NCBI RefSeq assembly: GCF_018350175.1
Contig: NC_058368.1
Location: 146,074,001 to 146,138,000 of the forward strand
DNA length: 64,000 nucleotides
Reading direction: 5' to 3'
DNA from: Felis catus
Lineage: Eukaryota
Numbering within the stretch: the first letter of the stretch is position 1; the number at the start of each line of letters is the position of its first letter. A model generated the notes under the pieces. It had not been told where the DNA came from and searched no databases. It was given only the letters and a program-made list of their open reading frames with translations. Below, in pieces: positions 48,751 through 61,934 of this stretch. Both the position numbers and the translations under genes were made by a program.

Positions 48751-48880
48751 GATTCTCTCTCTCCCTCTCTCTCTGCACCGCTCCCCCACTTGCTCATGCT
48801 CTCGGTCTCTCTCTCTCTCCAAAAAAAACAAAACAAAACAAAACAAAACAAACAACAACAACAACAACAACAACAACAAA
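48751..48880 (+). mobile_element. Can-SINE 3' half with (AAAAC)n/(AAC)n tail
   Basis: ctctctctctgcaccgctcccccacttgctcatgc followed by A-rich tail. Confidence 0.85.
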
Positions 48881-50359
48881 AAACACCTATTGTGATTTAT
48901 TGACTTTATGTACTTTAATAAGTTGATGTCTCCAGAATTAAAAACTAATTATTACTAGAGTCAATATGGCCATTACTTGCTAAAGGAGATTAGAAAACAG
49001 TCAAATCAGAGAGAATCACTTGTTTCTACTCCCAAAGCATGTATACGCATCCCTGTCTTTCCTCACAACTTCTGATTTTATGGTAACAAATGATCTTTCA
49101 CTCTATGTGAGAGAAGTATCCAGTGTAAAAAATGGCATTCTATTTCTTTTGTGATATTTTTTGCATTTTTGAAAACAAATTGCTTGAATTCTTAATGCAT
49201 TTCTGACAACTTCATTATAGTCTCTAGCTGCTCAGTGACTTTACCAAGAGAAAGTTCTCAGAGGAGTTATTCCTTTTTGTGTCTTCTAGCATGGAAAAGG
49301 AAGAGACATGACAGAAATTACTAGAAAAAGGTGTTTCGAGACGTCTGGAACTATTACCTAAAATATAGAACTCTATTCTCTGCCTGGAGAGGTAGCTTTA
49401 TCTTGAATGAGTGCTATTCCTGTCAAATCCAGGAGAAAAGTTAAATATATCTGAGATCAGAATAGATAGCCAGTTCTAGTCTAAACTTCAGTTCAAAACT
49501 GACACAGTTAAACACAACTTTAACTCTTGTTTTCAGATATTATTTTTAAAATATATCAACAATTAGTTGGTGAAACTGATAACATAACAGGGAGATCAGA
49601 AATTCCGTTTTTATAATTAATAATAGAAATCACAGAAAACACCCCATTCAATGAAAGTAAATTCTATTTAACACATTTTTCTTCTTTTCTGAAAATGATG
49701 GATGACAGTATCAGAACTTCAAGAAGTAGAGGTAATTCTGTGAAAATCAGTGAAAGGAGTCAAATTATGCTATCAATCATTTATATCTTCTAAGTATTCC
49801 CATTAACATTTATAATCTGATCAAAGTTTTGGCCTTCCATCTGGTCCCCATAAATTATATTCACAACATCCAAAATTTGTATAGTGTTTAGTCTCAATTT
49901 AAAATAATTTGAAATTAAACTGGTTGGTTGGTAAAGATTGAAATGCAAAGCAATGCAGGCCAGGGTAAAGTTAAATTTGAACCAGAGCTATAGCATCTTA
50001 TTATAAATAGGCTTAAAATAAAGTCTTTGTCTTTGCTGACTGATACAGGAAACTGAGGAAATTCTATGGGGGTAATTAAAATAAAGAGAAATCCAAAAAT
50101 ACCCTTGGATTTGAGGTATCCAGAAAATGTATGTAAAGGTTTTGGGTTTTGCTTTGGTTTGTGTCCTAAATATAGTTGCTATAAATTCATCACTTTACTT
50201 ACTCTGTTTCCATGGGGTTTTTAGAATAAGAGATAAAAGGATACTATCCAGAAGCATATTTGTTGAACAACAGCTAGAGTGAATTATAACTATAGTCTAT
50301 ACTAAACATACAAAAATCCACTACACTTCGTTCCTTTCTTGGGAATATCTAGACTTTTT

Positions 50360-50531
50360 TTTAAGTTTATTTATTTATTTTTGAGAGAGAGTGAGCACAA
50401 GCTGAGGGCGGGGCAGACAGAGAGGGAGAGGGAGGGAGAGGGAGAGGGAGAGGGAGAGGGAGAGGGAGAGGGGGAGAGAGAGAGAGAGAGAGAGAGAGAG
50501 TCCCCCAAGCAGGCTCTGTGGTGTGAGTGCA
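50360..50531 (-). mobile_element. 5'-truncated Can-SINE with (GAGGGA)n expansion
   Basis: TSD gga(a/c)tatctagacttttt at 50342 and 50532; no tRNA head. Confidence 0.85.
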
Positions 50532-50894
50532 GGACTATCTAGACTTTTTAATTGCCAGTTACTTTTTAAGTCATTAAACTCTGTTTAGACTTAACTATAA
50601 GTTTTATAGTTTTCCTTGCTCAATTATTATTTTTTAAATTCACAGCTCTTTCTTATACTCATTTTTTTTTTATTTTGCTGGAACTTATACACTAGTAAGT
50701 CTTTCTGAGAAATTCTGTGGGTGGTAAACTTCATGAAACTTTACAGGTCTTAGTATTAGTTTGCATGTTTGTTTCAAAATTATTTTCCTACAGAAATTTT
50801 GAAAAGTTGTTTCACTATTTTTTTTTTGCATTCATAGTTACTGATGGAAAGTCAATAGAATATATTAATGTAGGACAAAGTAGGTAGATTAAGT

Positions 50895-51128
50895 GTATTT
50901 ATTTGTTTTTCTGAATGTTTATTTTTGAGAGAGAGGGAGAGAGAGAGAGAGACAGATTGCAAGCAGGGGAGGGGCAGAGAGAGAGAGAGGGAGACATAAT
51001 ACCCGAAGCAGGTTCCAGGCTCCAAGCTATCACCACAGAGCCTGACATGGGGCTCAAATTCACAAACTGTGAGATCATGACCTGAGCCAAAGTCAGACGC
51101 TCAACCTACTGAGCCACCCAGGTGCCCG
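50895..51128 (-). mobile_element. Can-SINE
   Basis: gagatcatgacctgagccaaagtcagacgc..gagccacccaggtgccc. Confidence 0.93.
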
Positions 51129-51206
51129 AGATTCTTGATTTTAAAGAGTGAAAGTGGTAAGGGAGTTCAGGGTGTTTGTGGTGAGTGATTAATCTGAATG
51201 AGGAGA

Positions 51207-51413
51207 GGAGTTCCCCGGGTGGCTCAGTTGGTTGAGTGTCTGACTTTTGATTTCAACTCAGATCATGAACTCATAGTTCAGTTCATGGGTACAAGTCCTG
51301 CATTGGGCTCTGCACAGTCAGTGTGGTGCCTACTTGGAATTCTGTCTCCCTCTCTCTTTGTCCCTTCCCCACTCATGCTATCTCTCTCTCAAAATATAAA
51401 TAAATAAATAAAA
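51207..51413 (+). mobile_element. Can-SINE, older
   Basis: gggtggctcagttggttgag head; (TAAA)n tail. Confidence 0.9.
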
Positions 51414-51535
51414 CTTTTGCACTAGGAGAGAAGAGTGAACCAAAGGGATATGTTAAGATTTTGAAAGCAGTAAGATCAATGGATTGGATATTCCAACAAG
51501 GTCAAAACATAGTAGGAATAGGCACACAGAGTAGG

Positions 51536-51700
51536 TGTGATGGTTAATTTTATGTGCAATTTGACTGGCTCATGGTGCCCAGATATTTGGTCAGACATTA
51601 TTCTGGTTGTTTCAGTGAGGGTGTTATGAGATAGCATTTAGATCAGTACACTTTGAGTAAAGCAGATTGCTCTCCATAACGTAGGTGGGCCTTATCCAAT
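51536..51700 (+). mobile_element. MLT2 (ERVL) LTR 5' fragment
   Basis: tgtgatggttaattttatgtg..cccagatatttggtca..gagtaaagcagattgc..gtgggccttatccaat. Confidence 0.85.
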
Positions 51701-51939
51701 ATATATGTAACTAATATATGTAATTTCTGATACATTGAAAACATCATTGATCATTTTTTTTAAGTGCTTCACCCATCCAAGGGTGTAATAAAGCATGGGA
51801 AGTGTATACCTATGCATAGTATCTCAGTTCCCTAAGGATATACTTAAGGTTAAGCTGTATTCATAAGGTTATACTTCAGACGATAAAAATAAATAACAGT
51901 AATAGGAACAATGATAATGATGGTGACATTAGTATCAAT

Positions 51940-52160
51940 AGTGATTTTAAAAGCTAATGACAATACCTTTGTGTAGTGCTCTGTGTTATGCACTTCATGT
52001 ACATTACCTCATTTAAGCCTTACAATAACTATGGAATATGTATACTAATTCGCTTTATTTTAGAGATACAGAAACTGAAACTTTTAAAGGTTAAACAAAT
52101 TGTCCAAGCCCATACAATGACTAAGTAGCAGCACAGTGCTGGAAAACAGATCTGCTTTAT
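51940..52160 (-). mobile_element. MIR SINE
   Basis: attacctcatttaagccttacaataac..gaaactga..aaggttaaacaaattgtccaag. Confidence 0.6.
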
Positions 52161-52480
52161 TACTTCACTTATCTCTTTGTATTTTAGACAAACACAAATA
52201 TAACTTAGACACAAATATATAATAATCCAGAATCACTACCTTATTCTTCTTTTCCTCCTTCTGACATTATCTTTTTATGTTATTCTGCCCCTCAGTCTTC
52301 TTCCTGGACTCTAGTGACTTTGTGACTCTAAGTAGAATTTCCATCCCTGGGCAATTCATATCAGCCCCATAGAGCTTGCCATCTTCTACAATGTGAGGGA
52401 GTTGGCCAAGATGACCTCTGTGCTCTTCCTGCCCCTCATTTTGTGAGAGTGTGCATTTGCCTAACATATACTTTGGTAGT

Positions 52481-52950
52481 TGTATTAGTTTTTTTCTGCT
52501 GCATAACAAATTATCACAAATTCAGAGTCTTAATGCAACACAATGTTATGATCTCAATACAAAATTCTTGTGGGTCAAGTATTAGGGCAAAATGTGTCTG
52601 AATTCTTTAATACTTGGGACTATGAGCTTATCTGAGGCTCAGGGTCCTCTTCCAAGCTTAGCAGCTGTTGGTAGAATTCAGTTCTTTGTGGCTGTAGCCT
52701 AAGGTCCCTGTTTTCTTGCTGGGTTTTGGAAGGAGATCACTCTCAACTTTTAAAAGTCACCTGCACATGCCTGATGCATGCCCTCTCCACAATAGCAGTT
52801 TGTGTTTTCAAGGCCCCCAGAAGAAACTCTGACTTTTGTGTCTTCTAGAACCCATATTAATAGTATTTATTTGATTACATCAGACCTACCCACATTGAGG
52901 GAAAGGAGATTTTTGCCTAAACAATAGGATTTAGAAGTCCATCCATTCTG
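52481..52950 (-). mobile_element. MLT1-type MaLR LTR
   Basis: tgtattagttt..ctgctgcataacaaattatcacaaa; gctgttggtagaattcagttctttgtggctgtag. Confidence 0.8.
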
Positions 52951-52974
52951 ATATATGTTGTTCTTATTCACATT

Positions 52975-54610
52975 TTTTATATTTTGAAAAGAAACTTTTT
53001 TTAACTTTATTTTCTGTATTTTAAAATTTACATCCAAATTAGTTAGCAGATAGTGAAGCAATGATTTCAGGAGTAGATTCCTTAGTGCCCCTTACCCATT
53101 TAGCCCATCCCTCCTCCCACAACCCCTCCAGTAACCCTCTGTTTGTTTTCCATATTTATGAGTCTCTTCTATTTTGTCCCCCTCTCTGTTTTTATATTAT
53201 TTTCCCCTTCCCTTCTGTTCATCTGTTTTGTCTCTTAAAGTCCTCATATGAGTGAAGTCATATGATTTTTGTCTTTCTCTGACTGACTAATTTCACTTAG
53301 CATAATACCCTCCAGTTCCATCCACGTAGTTGCAAATGACAAGATTTCATTCTTTTTGATTGCCAAGTAATACTCCATTGTATATATATGCCACATCTTC
53401 CTTATCCATTCATCTGCTGATGGACTTTTGGGTTCTTTCCATAGTTTGGCTATTGTTGATAGTGCTGCTATAAACATGGGGGTGCATGTGTCCCTTCGAA
53501 ACAGCACACCTGTATCCCTTGGATAAATGCCTAGTAGTGCAATTGCTGGGTCATAGGGTAGTTCTCTTTTTAGTTTTTTGAGGAACCTCCATACTGTTTT
53601 CCAGAGTGGCTGCACCAGCTTGCATTGCCACCAACAATACAAAAGAGATCCTCTTTCTCTGCATCCTCGCCAACATCTGTTGTTGCCTGAGTTATTAATG
53701 TTACCCATTCTGACAGGTGTAAGGTGGTATCTCATTGTGGTTTTGATTTGTATTTCCCTGATGATGAGTGATGTTGAGCATTTTTTCATGTGTCGGTTGA
53801 TCATCTGGCTGTCTTCTTTGGAGAAGTGTCTCTATTCATGACTTTTGCTCATTTCTTCGCTGGATTATTTGTTTTTTGGGTGTGGAGTTTGATAAGTTCT
53901 TTGTAGATTTTGGATACTAACCCTTTATCTGACATGTCATTTGCAAATATCTTCTCCCATTCTGTCGGTTGCCTTTTAGTTTTGCTGATTGTTTCCTTCA
54001 CTGTGCAGAAGCTTTTTCTTTTGATGAGGTCCCAGTAGTTCATTTTTGCTTCTGTTTCCCTTGCCTCCGGAGACGTGTTGAGTAAGAAGTTGCTGCAGGC
54101 AAGATCAAAGAGGTTTTTGCCTGCTTTGTCCTTGAGGATTTTGATGGCTTCCTGTCATACATTGAGATCTTTCATCCATTTTGAGTTTATTTTTGTGTAC
54201 GGTGTAAGAAAGTGGTCCAGGTTCATTCTTCTACATGTCACTGTCCAGTTTTCCCAGCACCACTTGCATAAGAGACTATCTTTATTCCATTGGATATTCT
54301 TTCCTGCTTTGTCAAAGATTAGTTGGCCATATGTTTGTGGGTCCATTTCTGGATTCTCTCTTCTGTTCCATTGATCTGAGTGTCTGTTTTTGTGCCAGTA
54401 CCATACTGTCTTGATGATTACAACTTTGTAATACAGCATGAAGTCTGGGATTGTGATGCCTCCTGTTTTGGTTTTCTTTTTCAAGATTGCTTTGGCTATT
54501 CAGGGTCTTTTCTGATTCCATACAAATTTTAGGATTATTTGTTCTAGCTCTGTGAAGAATGCTTGTGTTACTTTGATAGGGATTGCGTTGAATATGTAGA
54601 TTGCTTTGGG
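52975..54610 (-). mobile_element. Felid/carnivore LINE-1, 5'-truncated ORF2 3' part plus 3' UTR
   Basis: ORF 53244-53804 is the ORF2p C-terminus ([33 protein letters not shown]); upstream GGITIPDF and WCWENW fragments. Confidence 0.96.
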
Positions 54611-54620
54611 ACTCATTCAC

Positions 54621-54770
54621 TTTTTTTCAAGGTTTGTTTATTTATTTGTTTGTTTATTTAGAAAATCAGTACAGAGCTAGATGTGGGGCTTGATCCCATG
54701 AACCATGATATCAGGACATGAGCCAAAATCAAGAATTGGATGCTTAACTGACTGAGCCACTCAGGCATCC
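54621..54770 (-). mobile_element. Short Can-SINE lacking the CT tract
   Basis: gagccaaaatcaagaattggatgcttaactgactgagccac; TSD ctcattcactt. Confidence 0.85.
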
Positions 54771-55594
54771 ATGCTCATTCACTTATAATTGCTATATTAA
54801 TTCCTATTGTATGAACATACCAATTATCTTCCAGATCTTAGTTCCGAAATTTCTTCAGAAAGGACTTTTCTAATTTGACAAACTCCCCCCAGTACCTCCT
54901 TGCCCTATAAGTAATTAATTAATTAAGTAAATGAATAAATAAATAAATCCCTTAATGGAACACTGTGATAGCACTCAGCATTTTTCTTTGTAATGCTTCT
55001 TCATTATTTGTAATTATTTTAATTATTTAGTTAATTTCTCTCTCCCACACCAGATTATAAACCCCATGAAGGAAGTTGCCTTGTTTATTTTGCTCACTTT
55101 TGTGTCCTCAGAGCCTAACACAGAGGAGATCAAAACATATTTGTTGAATGAAAAATATTCCTATGCAAACATTTCTAACAGCATAATGTTAATTGAACTG
55201 TATGGCTGTGTGCATTGGTGAAATGCAGAAGGCAGAATTTCAAAGTCAAAACCCCTGTCAATAAAAGCAGGAAACAAGAGGTTGGTGAACACAGGGCATC
55301 TGACTTTGGAGCTGCAATAATATGGGGGTCCCTGATGTGAAGGGCAACCATTACTTCTCTTTTCTTTGTTAATAGAGAATAAAATGTGTGATTTGTTGGG
55401 GGCTGAAGGTTATTTTCCTTTGAGACAGTTAATTGAAGGAAGGTTAAGTAAAGCTACACGTTTTTACTTAAATGAAACAGAAAAAATGAATTACTTTATG
55501 AGCAATGTGTCAAAAGAATATTTCACAAATTTTTTCTGGGAGTGAAACAAATTTTCCTATAATTCATGTTAACTCTTCTTTTAAAAAGGAGGAG

Positions 55595-55804
55595 GGGGCG
55601 CCTGGGTGGCTCAGTCGGTTAAGTGTCCGACTTCGGCTCAAGTCATGATCTCGCGGTCCATGAGTTCGAGCCCTGCGTCGGGCTCTGTGCTGACCACTGA
55701 GAGCCTGGAGCCTGTTTCCGATTCTGTTCTCCCTCTCTCTCTGACCCTCCCCCGTTCATGGTCTGTCTCTCTCTGTCTCAAAAATAAGTAAACGTTAAAA
55801 AAAA
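55595..55804 (+). mobile_element. Felid Can-SINE, fairly young
   Basis: ggggcgcctgggtggctcagtcggttaag; CpGs largely intact. Confidence 0.95.
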
Positions 55805-55829
55805 TTTTTTTTTTTAAAGTAGGGTAGGT

Positions 55830-55835
<6 letters not shown>

Positions 55836-55870
<35 letters not shown>
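55836..55870. repeat. (CA)n microsatellite
   Basis: Direct observation. Confidence 0.95.
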
Positions 55871-55876
<6 letters not shown>

Positions 55877-57389
55877 GATAATATTCAGTCGTCTCCCACT
55901 TAGATTACAATAAACAACATGAATTCATTATAGACACTAAAGTTTTTCTTCTCAAGGTGTTTGCTTTCCAAAGATTAGTTTTCCTATGTCAGCTGTGAGA
56001 GAAGTACTCCTTTATGGTTAAAGAGGCTCATTCTGGAAAGTGACTGTAAAAGCCTTAGTACTCCCCACCAAAATACCCCATATCCCAGAGGCCAGGGGTC
56101 AGAAATGTTACATATCCAATTGTGTCTTTTAAAGGCAGCTCAACTTAAAATAACTCCTGGAGAAAGAAAGCAGAGCATTGTTGGAATGGCTTGACTGTTA
56201 ACATTTGTTCTTAATCTATCAGAATTCTCCTACTCATGTTCACTGAGTTTCTGAGTATTCTCTGAAGCCTTTTCAGAGTTGGAAATCAGTTGAATCCCAG
56301 TAGTAGTGTAGGATTTAACAAGGGTAGAGAAGACATCCTGTTGATTTCTTTTTTCCTTCAATGTCAACAAGTCAGAAATCTCACAACCTTCTCTCATAGA
56401 GGTCAGTGTTTGGGATTCTTTTTCCTCTTGGTATCCCTAAGGGGAAAATGTTGGGGATGGAGGTGAAGAAAAATAAGAAGGGAAGTGTGGGAAGAGAAGG
56501 CATGGATCTAAGACTGAGGATGGTAAATGGACGGTGAAATTCTTAGGATTTAAGTAGCTTCTTCTAACTAACCTGCTGTAAGCAATGTGTGGTGACATTA
56601 TAATGGTCCTGCAATGTGAAACCCCAGGAAAGGCAAGGAAAAACAGTTGGTGGGGAAATTTGAGGTTTTCCATACACTAAACTCTGGCCAAGAGCTAGAA
56701 TCTTCCAGGGTTTTGTAGTCATTTTCAAACTGGCCATGTTTTTGTTTGGGTGTTTTAACTTTACATATTCAAGCAGTTTTCTGGGAGTTCAAGAAGAGAG
56801 CTCACAATGTGCTGACCTTGCCTGGTTCGATTTAGGATCAACAGTAACCCTCTGCAGTGTTTAACAACAATTGGACAAAACACACTCATAAGAATACAAG
56901 ATAACTTCATATAGTACTAAAGAGAAATCAGCATAAAAGTCCAAGAAATGTTAGATCTATGAGCAATGCTAGAGCAGAGTAGCAGAGAAACAAGTCACTG
57001 ATGATAAGGGGCTAAACCTAAAGCTGGGTATATGGCAGGCAGCGGGGAATAACATGTCAAAAGAAACAGGTCATTTATCTCTATTCCTGTCTCATCTGAG
57101 GACGTCAACCAGATGTGTAAAAACAACTGACTAAGGGTCTGGAAAGAGAACATTGGGTCTTCTTCTCCCCACATGCAAAAGCAATGGCCATAGTCTTTAG
57201 AATAAGTGAGGAATAATATTCCCAGCTCAGCACATACTACTCCATAGTATAGAAACTGATGATTCTCTCAAGGTCAGATTAATACCTTTAGAGGCTCTTA
57301 GTATTTAAAATATTAGGAGGTCCTGCCCATTGGTAATTCAGAATAATACCTAAAGAGTGAAACACAACTTGCAGGAATGCTAGAATTAA

Positions 57390-57600
57390 TTTTTTTAAAA
57401 AATTTTAACTTTACTTATTTTTGAGAGACAGATCATGAGTGGGAGAGGGGCAGAGAAAGAGGGAGACACAGAATTCGAAGCAGGCTCCAGGCTCTGAGCT
57501 GTCAGCGCAAAGCCTGACACGGGGCATGAACCCACAAACTGCGAGATCATGACCTGATCCAAAGTCGGACGCTTAACCGACTGAGCCACCCAGGTGCCTC
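57390..57600 (-). mobile_element. Can-SINE
   Basis: TSD atgctagaattaa at 57377 and 57605. Confidence 0.94.
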
Positions 57601-58944
57601 TGGCATGCTAGAATTAAAACAGCTTCTTTCTAGGTATTTTGGTTGCAGAATTCTGGATGAGTTCACTGGAGCTTGGCTTCTTCTATTGGTTGCATTTGGT
57701 GGCTCAGCTTGGCTGGTGTCTTGTGCCCATACTGAGTATGCCTATTCATTTACCCACCACTGAACTCTTTCCAGATCATAACTGGGTATTGAGAAGACAG
57801 GCGAGGGGCCAGGGCACAGGGACAGAGCTTACACTGGACCACTATGGAACACCTTTCAGAATCATCTTTCCTCCCAAGTGGCCACCTGTCAAGGCCTTAG
57901 TGCTCCTGAGCGGTGAGGAGAGCATGGAGCACCCTCTCCCTCACCACAGGATGCCACCTGCATTGAGGTCAGGTGGGTGAAGGTAGGGCCCTGACGGTGC
58001 CATGGCGGTCATGTTGCAGTTTCATTCCCAGGCGGTACAGTAATGCCACTGAAGGGAAAATGTCTGCGCTTGAAGTAATCATAGGCTTTCTCCTCTAATA
58101 CCAGCCTGCCCTGCCAAAGTGTCAGCAGCACAAAGGGCCCCAGTCTTCTTCCTCCATCACAGAGTAAGCAGCGCATCCCCCTGCCGTTTGGCTCCCAGCT
58201 CCCTGTCTGGACAGGAACACAGCTGGGCTTTCATCTAAGGAGGGGTGGATTCAAGCTGATTACTTTTGTTTGGTCTTCAATGAAGAGAACAGAGCAGGAG
58301 GTATTTTACATTTGCCTTGTGTTCAAAGCCCCAATGTGGGATGACTCAAGAACATTTTCTTCTCAGAGCAAAGGCTGCAAATGAAAAATCACATAATTTT
58401 TTTTTCTTAAAAAAAAAAAAAACTTTAGGAAAACACTCAGAATTTTATGTAGAAAGCATGTGCAACTGGCATTATCAGAAAAACAAAACAGGATTAATTT
58501 ACAAGAGGGAAAAGAGGAGATTATCTGAACATTTTAAGTAATTGTCTTAAAGATAAATTGCTTTCTTTGCCTTACTTCCTCCTTGACGTCCTTAATCTTC
58601 CCTACCCCTGTGCCCCCAAATTTCACTTATTCCCAGAATCTATATCCTCAGCATAGTTTTTCATATGAGCCCCAAACTCATATGTATCCAACTGACTACT
58701 TGCCACCTCACTTTGTGTTTGTCAGTTTCCTCAGACTTACACCCAAAACACCGAATTTTTTTCTTTTTCATGACCTTTCCTCAATCTTTACCTCCATATA
58801 GATTATTCCCTCATTCATTTCACAATCATTTTTCTCCCTGCTGTTCAAGTTATCCTTATGTCTCCCCTCTTATTCATTTCCCTTTATCCTGTCATTTGCC
58901 ATATCCTATCAGTTTCCTCTTCCCAGGATCATCATACTTTCCAA

Positions 58945-59215
58945 TGTAATAATACTAACATGTATTGAGCACTTACATCATGCCAGACTGCTCTGATTGC
59001 TTTACATGTATTATTTTATTTAATCCTCACCTCAACTCTAAGAAGCAAGTACTATTATAATTCTCGTTTTATGGATGAGGAAACTGAGGTACAAAGATGT
59101 TATATCAGTTGCCATATAACATCAGGCAACAGGTAGGTACAGGATTAAGCTTTCAAACCCAGGCTGATTAATGCCAAAGCCTAAGCTTTCAATCCCAGTG
59201 CTATATACTGCCTTC
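58945..59215 (-). mobile_element. MIR SINE
   Basis: tattgagcacttac..tttaatcctcac..ttttatggatgaggaaactgagg. Confidence 0.85.
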
Positions 59216-61934
59216 TAAAATTATGTAAAATTATGTGTTTATACATATATTTATGTATTCACACTGCCCTCAATCCTCATTTACTTAGTAGATAAAGCTC
59301 TAACCAAAATGTATTGACATGGTGCCTCCTCTAGAACTAAGTTCTTGAAGTATAAGTGTGTTTTCATCATCCTCCTGCCTAATTTCAATGGATCCCTCAA
59401 AATGATTGTCACGTGACCTTTTTCTCACCTGGTCCTTTTGACAGATGTGTTGCCAGAAGTCGAGTCCTTATTCTGGTCATCATTGTACATCATTTCTGAG
59501 TACAGTGAATAACACATCATAGGTGTCCTATAAATATTGGAATGAAGGAAGAAGTATGTTTCAAAACTATTCTGTTGAGCAGGGGTCACAAATGTGATAT
59601 TGTTTTGGATGAATTGCCTAGATAGCATATTCTCTCTTTTTTGTTGTTGTTTTTATAATTTCTGTGCGACAAAGAAGAAGATACCAGAAAGCTTTGTTTC
59701 AGCTAGTTGGCCCTCTTCCTCAAATAACACGGAAATACCTATTGTAAAAACTTCCAGTAAAGGACCAGAGATCCTTTAATGGAATCTCAGGGTAAAGGAA
59801 AGGAGTTTCTGTATGCCAGCAACTTAGTATTTTCCTGTTTCAGCCGTCCTGCCAGAGACTGTAATTTAGGAACCAATCTCAAGCTAAGCAGAGGAAAAAA
59901 TGAGATACTTAATGAAAATGGCCAAATGTCATCACCAGCCATTTGAGAGTAGCTCTGTCAGGAGCCATCCACATTTAAAATGGACTTTCACAAAATTCTG
60001 GCCATCTGCAGGGTCATGAAGACTCAGAACACTTATGTTTCCTGAGGGAGCCTTTTCGGTTCCGTGCTTTTTCTGATGCAAGAAATACAGACACTTGTGA
60101 TTTACTACGGGGCACTCATAAGCGTGGAGCCAGTTATTTCCTAAGGAACTCAAAGACCAAAATTAAACATTCAGAAAATAAAAATGTGTTCTATAGTATA
60201 AAACATATATGTCTGAAAGCTTGTGGAGTAAGATAGAAACCAAGTAAGTCTGGTTAATGAAATGTTGTATATTCCTTGGATTGCAACTTGTTCGGCGAGT
60301 ATTGTGCAACATGAGCAAACATTTCTAATAAATTTTAACTTGATAAACAGCAAAAAAAAAAAGTTGTATATTAATGAGAGCCTGAAAATCCTTTTGTTTC
60401 CAGTGTATTTTTGCACTTTCTAGATTACATTAGTTCTTTTTTTTTTCCCCTTAGGAATTACAATATAGGGTGTGAGAGAGCATACTTCTAAGAAAAACAT
60501 TATTAATTTCATTGAATATACCTTTGAAGTTAGAGCATTTTGATGTTTGAGGTCATGGTAGCATATTACAGAGAAGGAAAGTATCACAGAAGGAGAAATA
60601 GGCTCAAAGTTAGAAATGCTAGAATCTAGCTTTATCATTTATAAATTAGGTAATGAGGAGCAATTCACTTAACCTCCCAAAATTTCATGTACTTCATCTA
60701 TAAGATAATTGGATATCTTATAAGATATCTATAAGATAAGAGGATATCTCTTTCCTTTGCTTGTTGTGTTCCTATCTCAGCTCATAAAATGGGAACTTGC
60801 TAATACTTCTCACTCGCAGGCAATTCTTTGGAGCCAAGCACAGCTATTTTCGCTGCATTTTACTTCTCTTTCCCCCCAAAAGGAGTTAATTAATTGATGC
60901 AATTAGAGAGAGTCTAACGTCTATTAGTCTTGGTTCCTTTTTCACAAGGGGTAATACATTAATTTTCTGATTCTGTGTGGCCATTGTGGAATGGTGGCCT
61001 TCCATAGGTGGAAGACTATTATCTTTGTTTTCAACTGTTTTGGAATAAAAAAGAGAGGATGAATGATTAACTGGTAATCTCCACTGATTCCAACAATAAT
61101 ACTTATGATATTCATTCCAGATCAAGAGGGCAGAAGGTGCAACAAACTTCCTATCGATCCAGACTGTGTGGAAATCCCAGTGACTTTAGGATGTCGTATA
61201 GAAGTACTAAAAAACAAATTCATTAACAAAAAAAAATAATGGGGAGATGGAACAGGGGTTCTAACAAAATTTTGAAAGACAGAAAAGGGGTAAAACACTA
61301 TTGACATATGGAATAGAATAGAGCAAAATACAGGTCCAAATTTACTGATTGCAGACTGTAGTAGAGTTGGAGATTGGAATTGGTCTTTCCATTGGAGGCA
61401 CCAATTTTAAGTTTGTAAATAAGGCAGAGTGTGGAAATGAGAAATTAAGTAAACAGGAAGATTATCTGGATGCCTATGAACCAATAGCCACCCAATGTAC
61501 CTCTCATTTCTCCTACTTATACCAGAAAGTATAGAGCCAAGGAGCCTGAGGTCTCTTTGATCAATAAATTCATTAAGTTGCTAAAACTTCTATTGGGGTA
61601 CAGAAGTTTAAAATCTGTTTGTTCTGCCATTGAGAGAAACTGCACCTGTCAGATGATGTCTGTATCACTTACCATGAAACAAATCAGGTTATGTGACATG
61701 TCCTTGCTCACATACATAAAACTGTAATAAGTCATTTTTTTAATGCAGTGGAGGGTACTTTTGGGAAAAGACCTATTCACACAACAGCCAGGGAAACTTA
61801 CACCAATCATTTAGAATAAAGAGTTTCATTATTCTTAAAAGTGGTTGGATAACAAAAAATATATAGAAAAAGTAGAAGCACAAAAGACCCGAATAATAAA
61901 TCAGAGAAACTAATTCTGCAGAAAACAAAAGAGA

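Noticed and set aside
53244..53804. Longest ORF (186 aa) as a host gene
   Set aside because: It is the LINE-1 ORF2p C-terminus in a 5'-truncated, frameshifted copy.
59429..59495. Minus-strand exon ending CAG|gtgaga
   Set aside because: The acceptor side lies in an L2-like 3' end and is weak; peptide not recognised.
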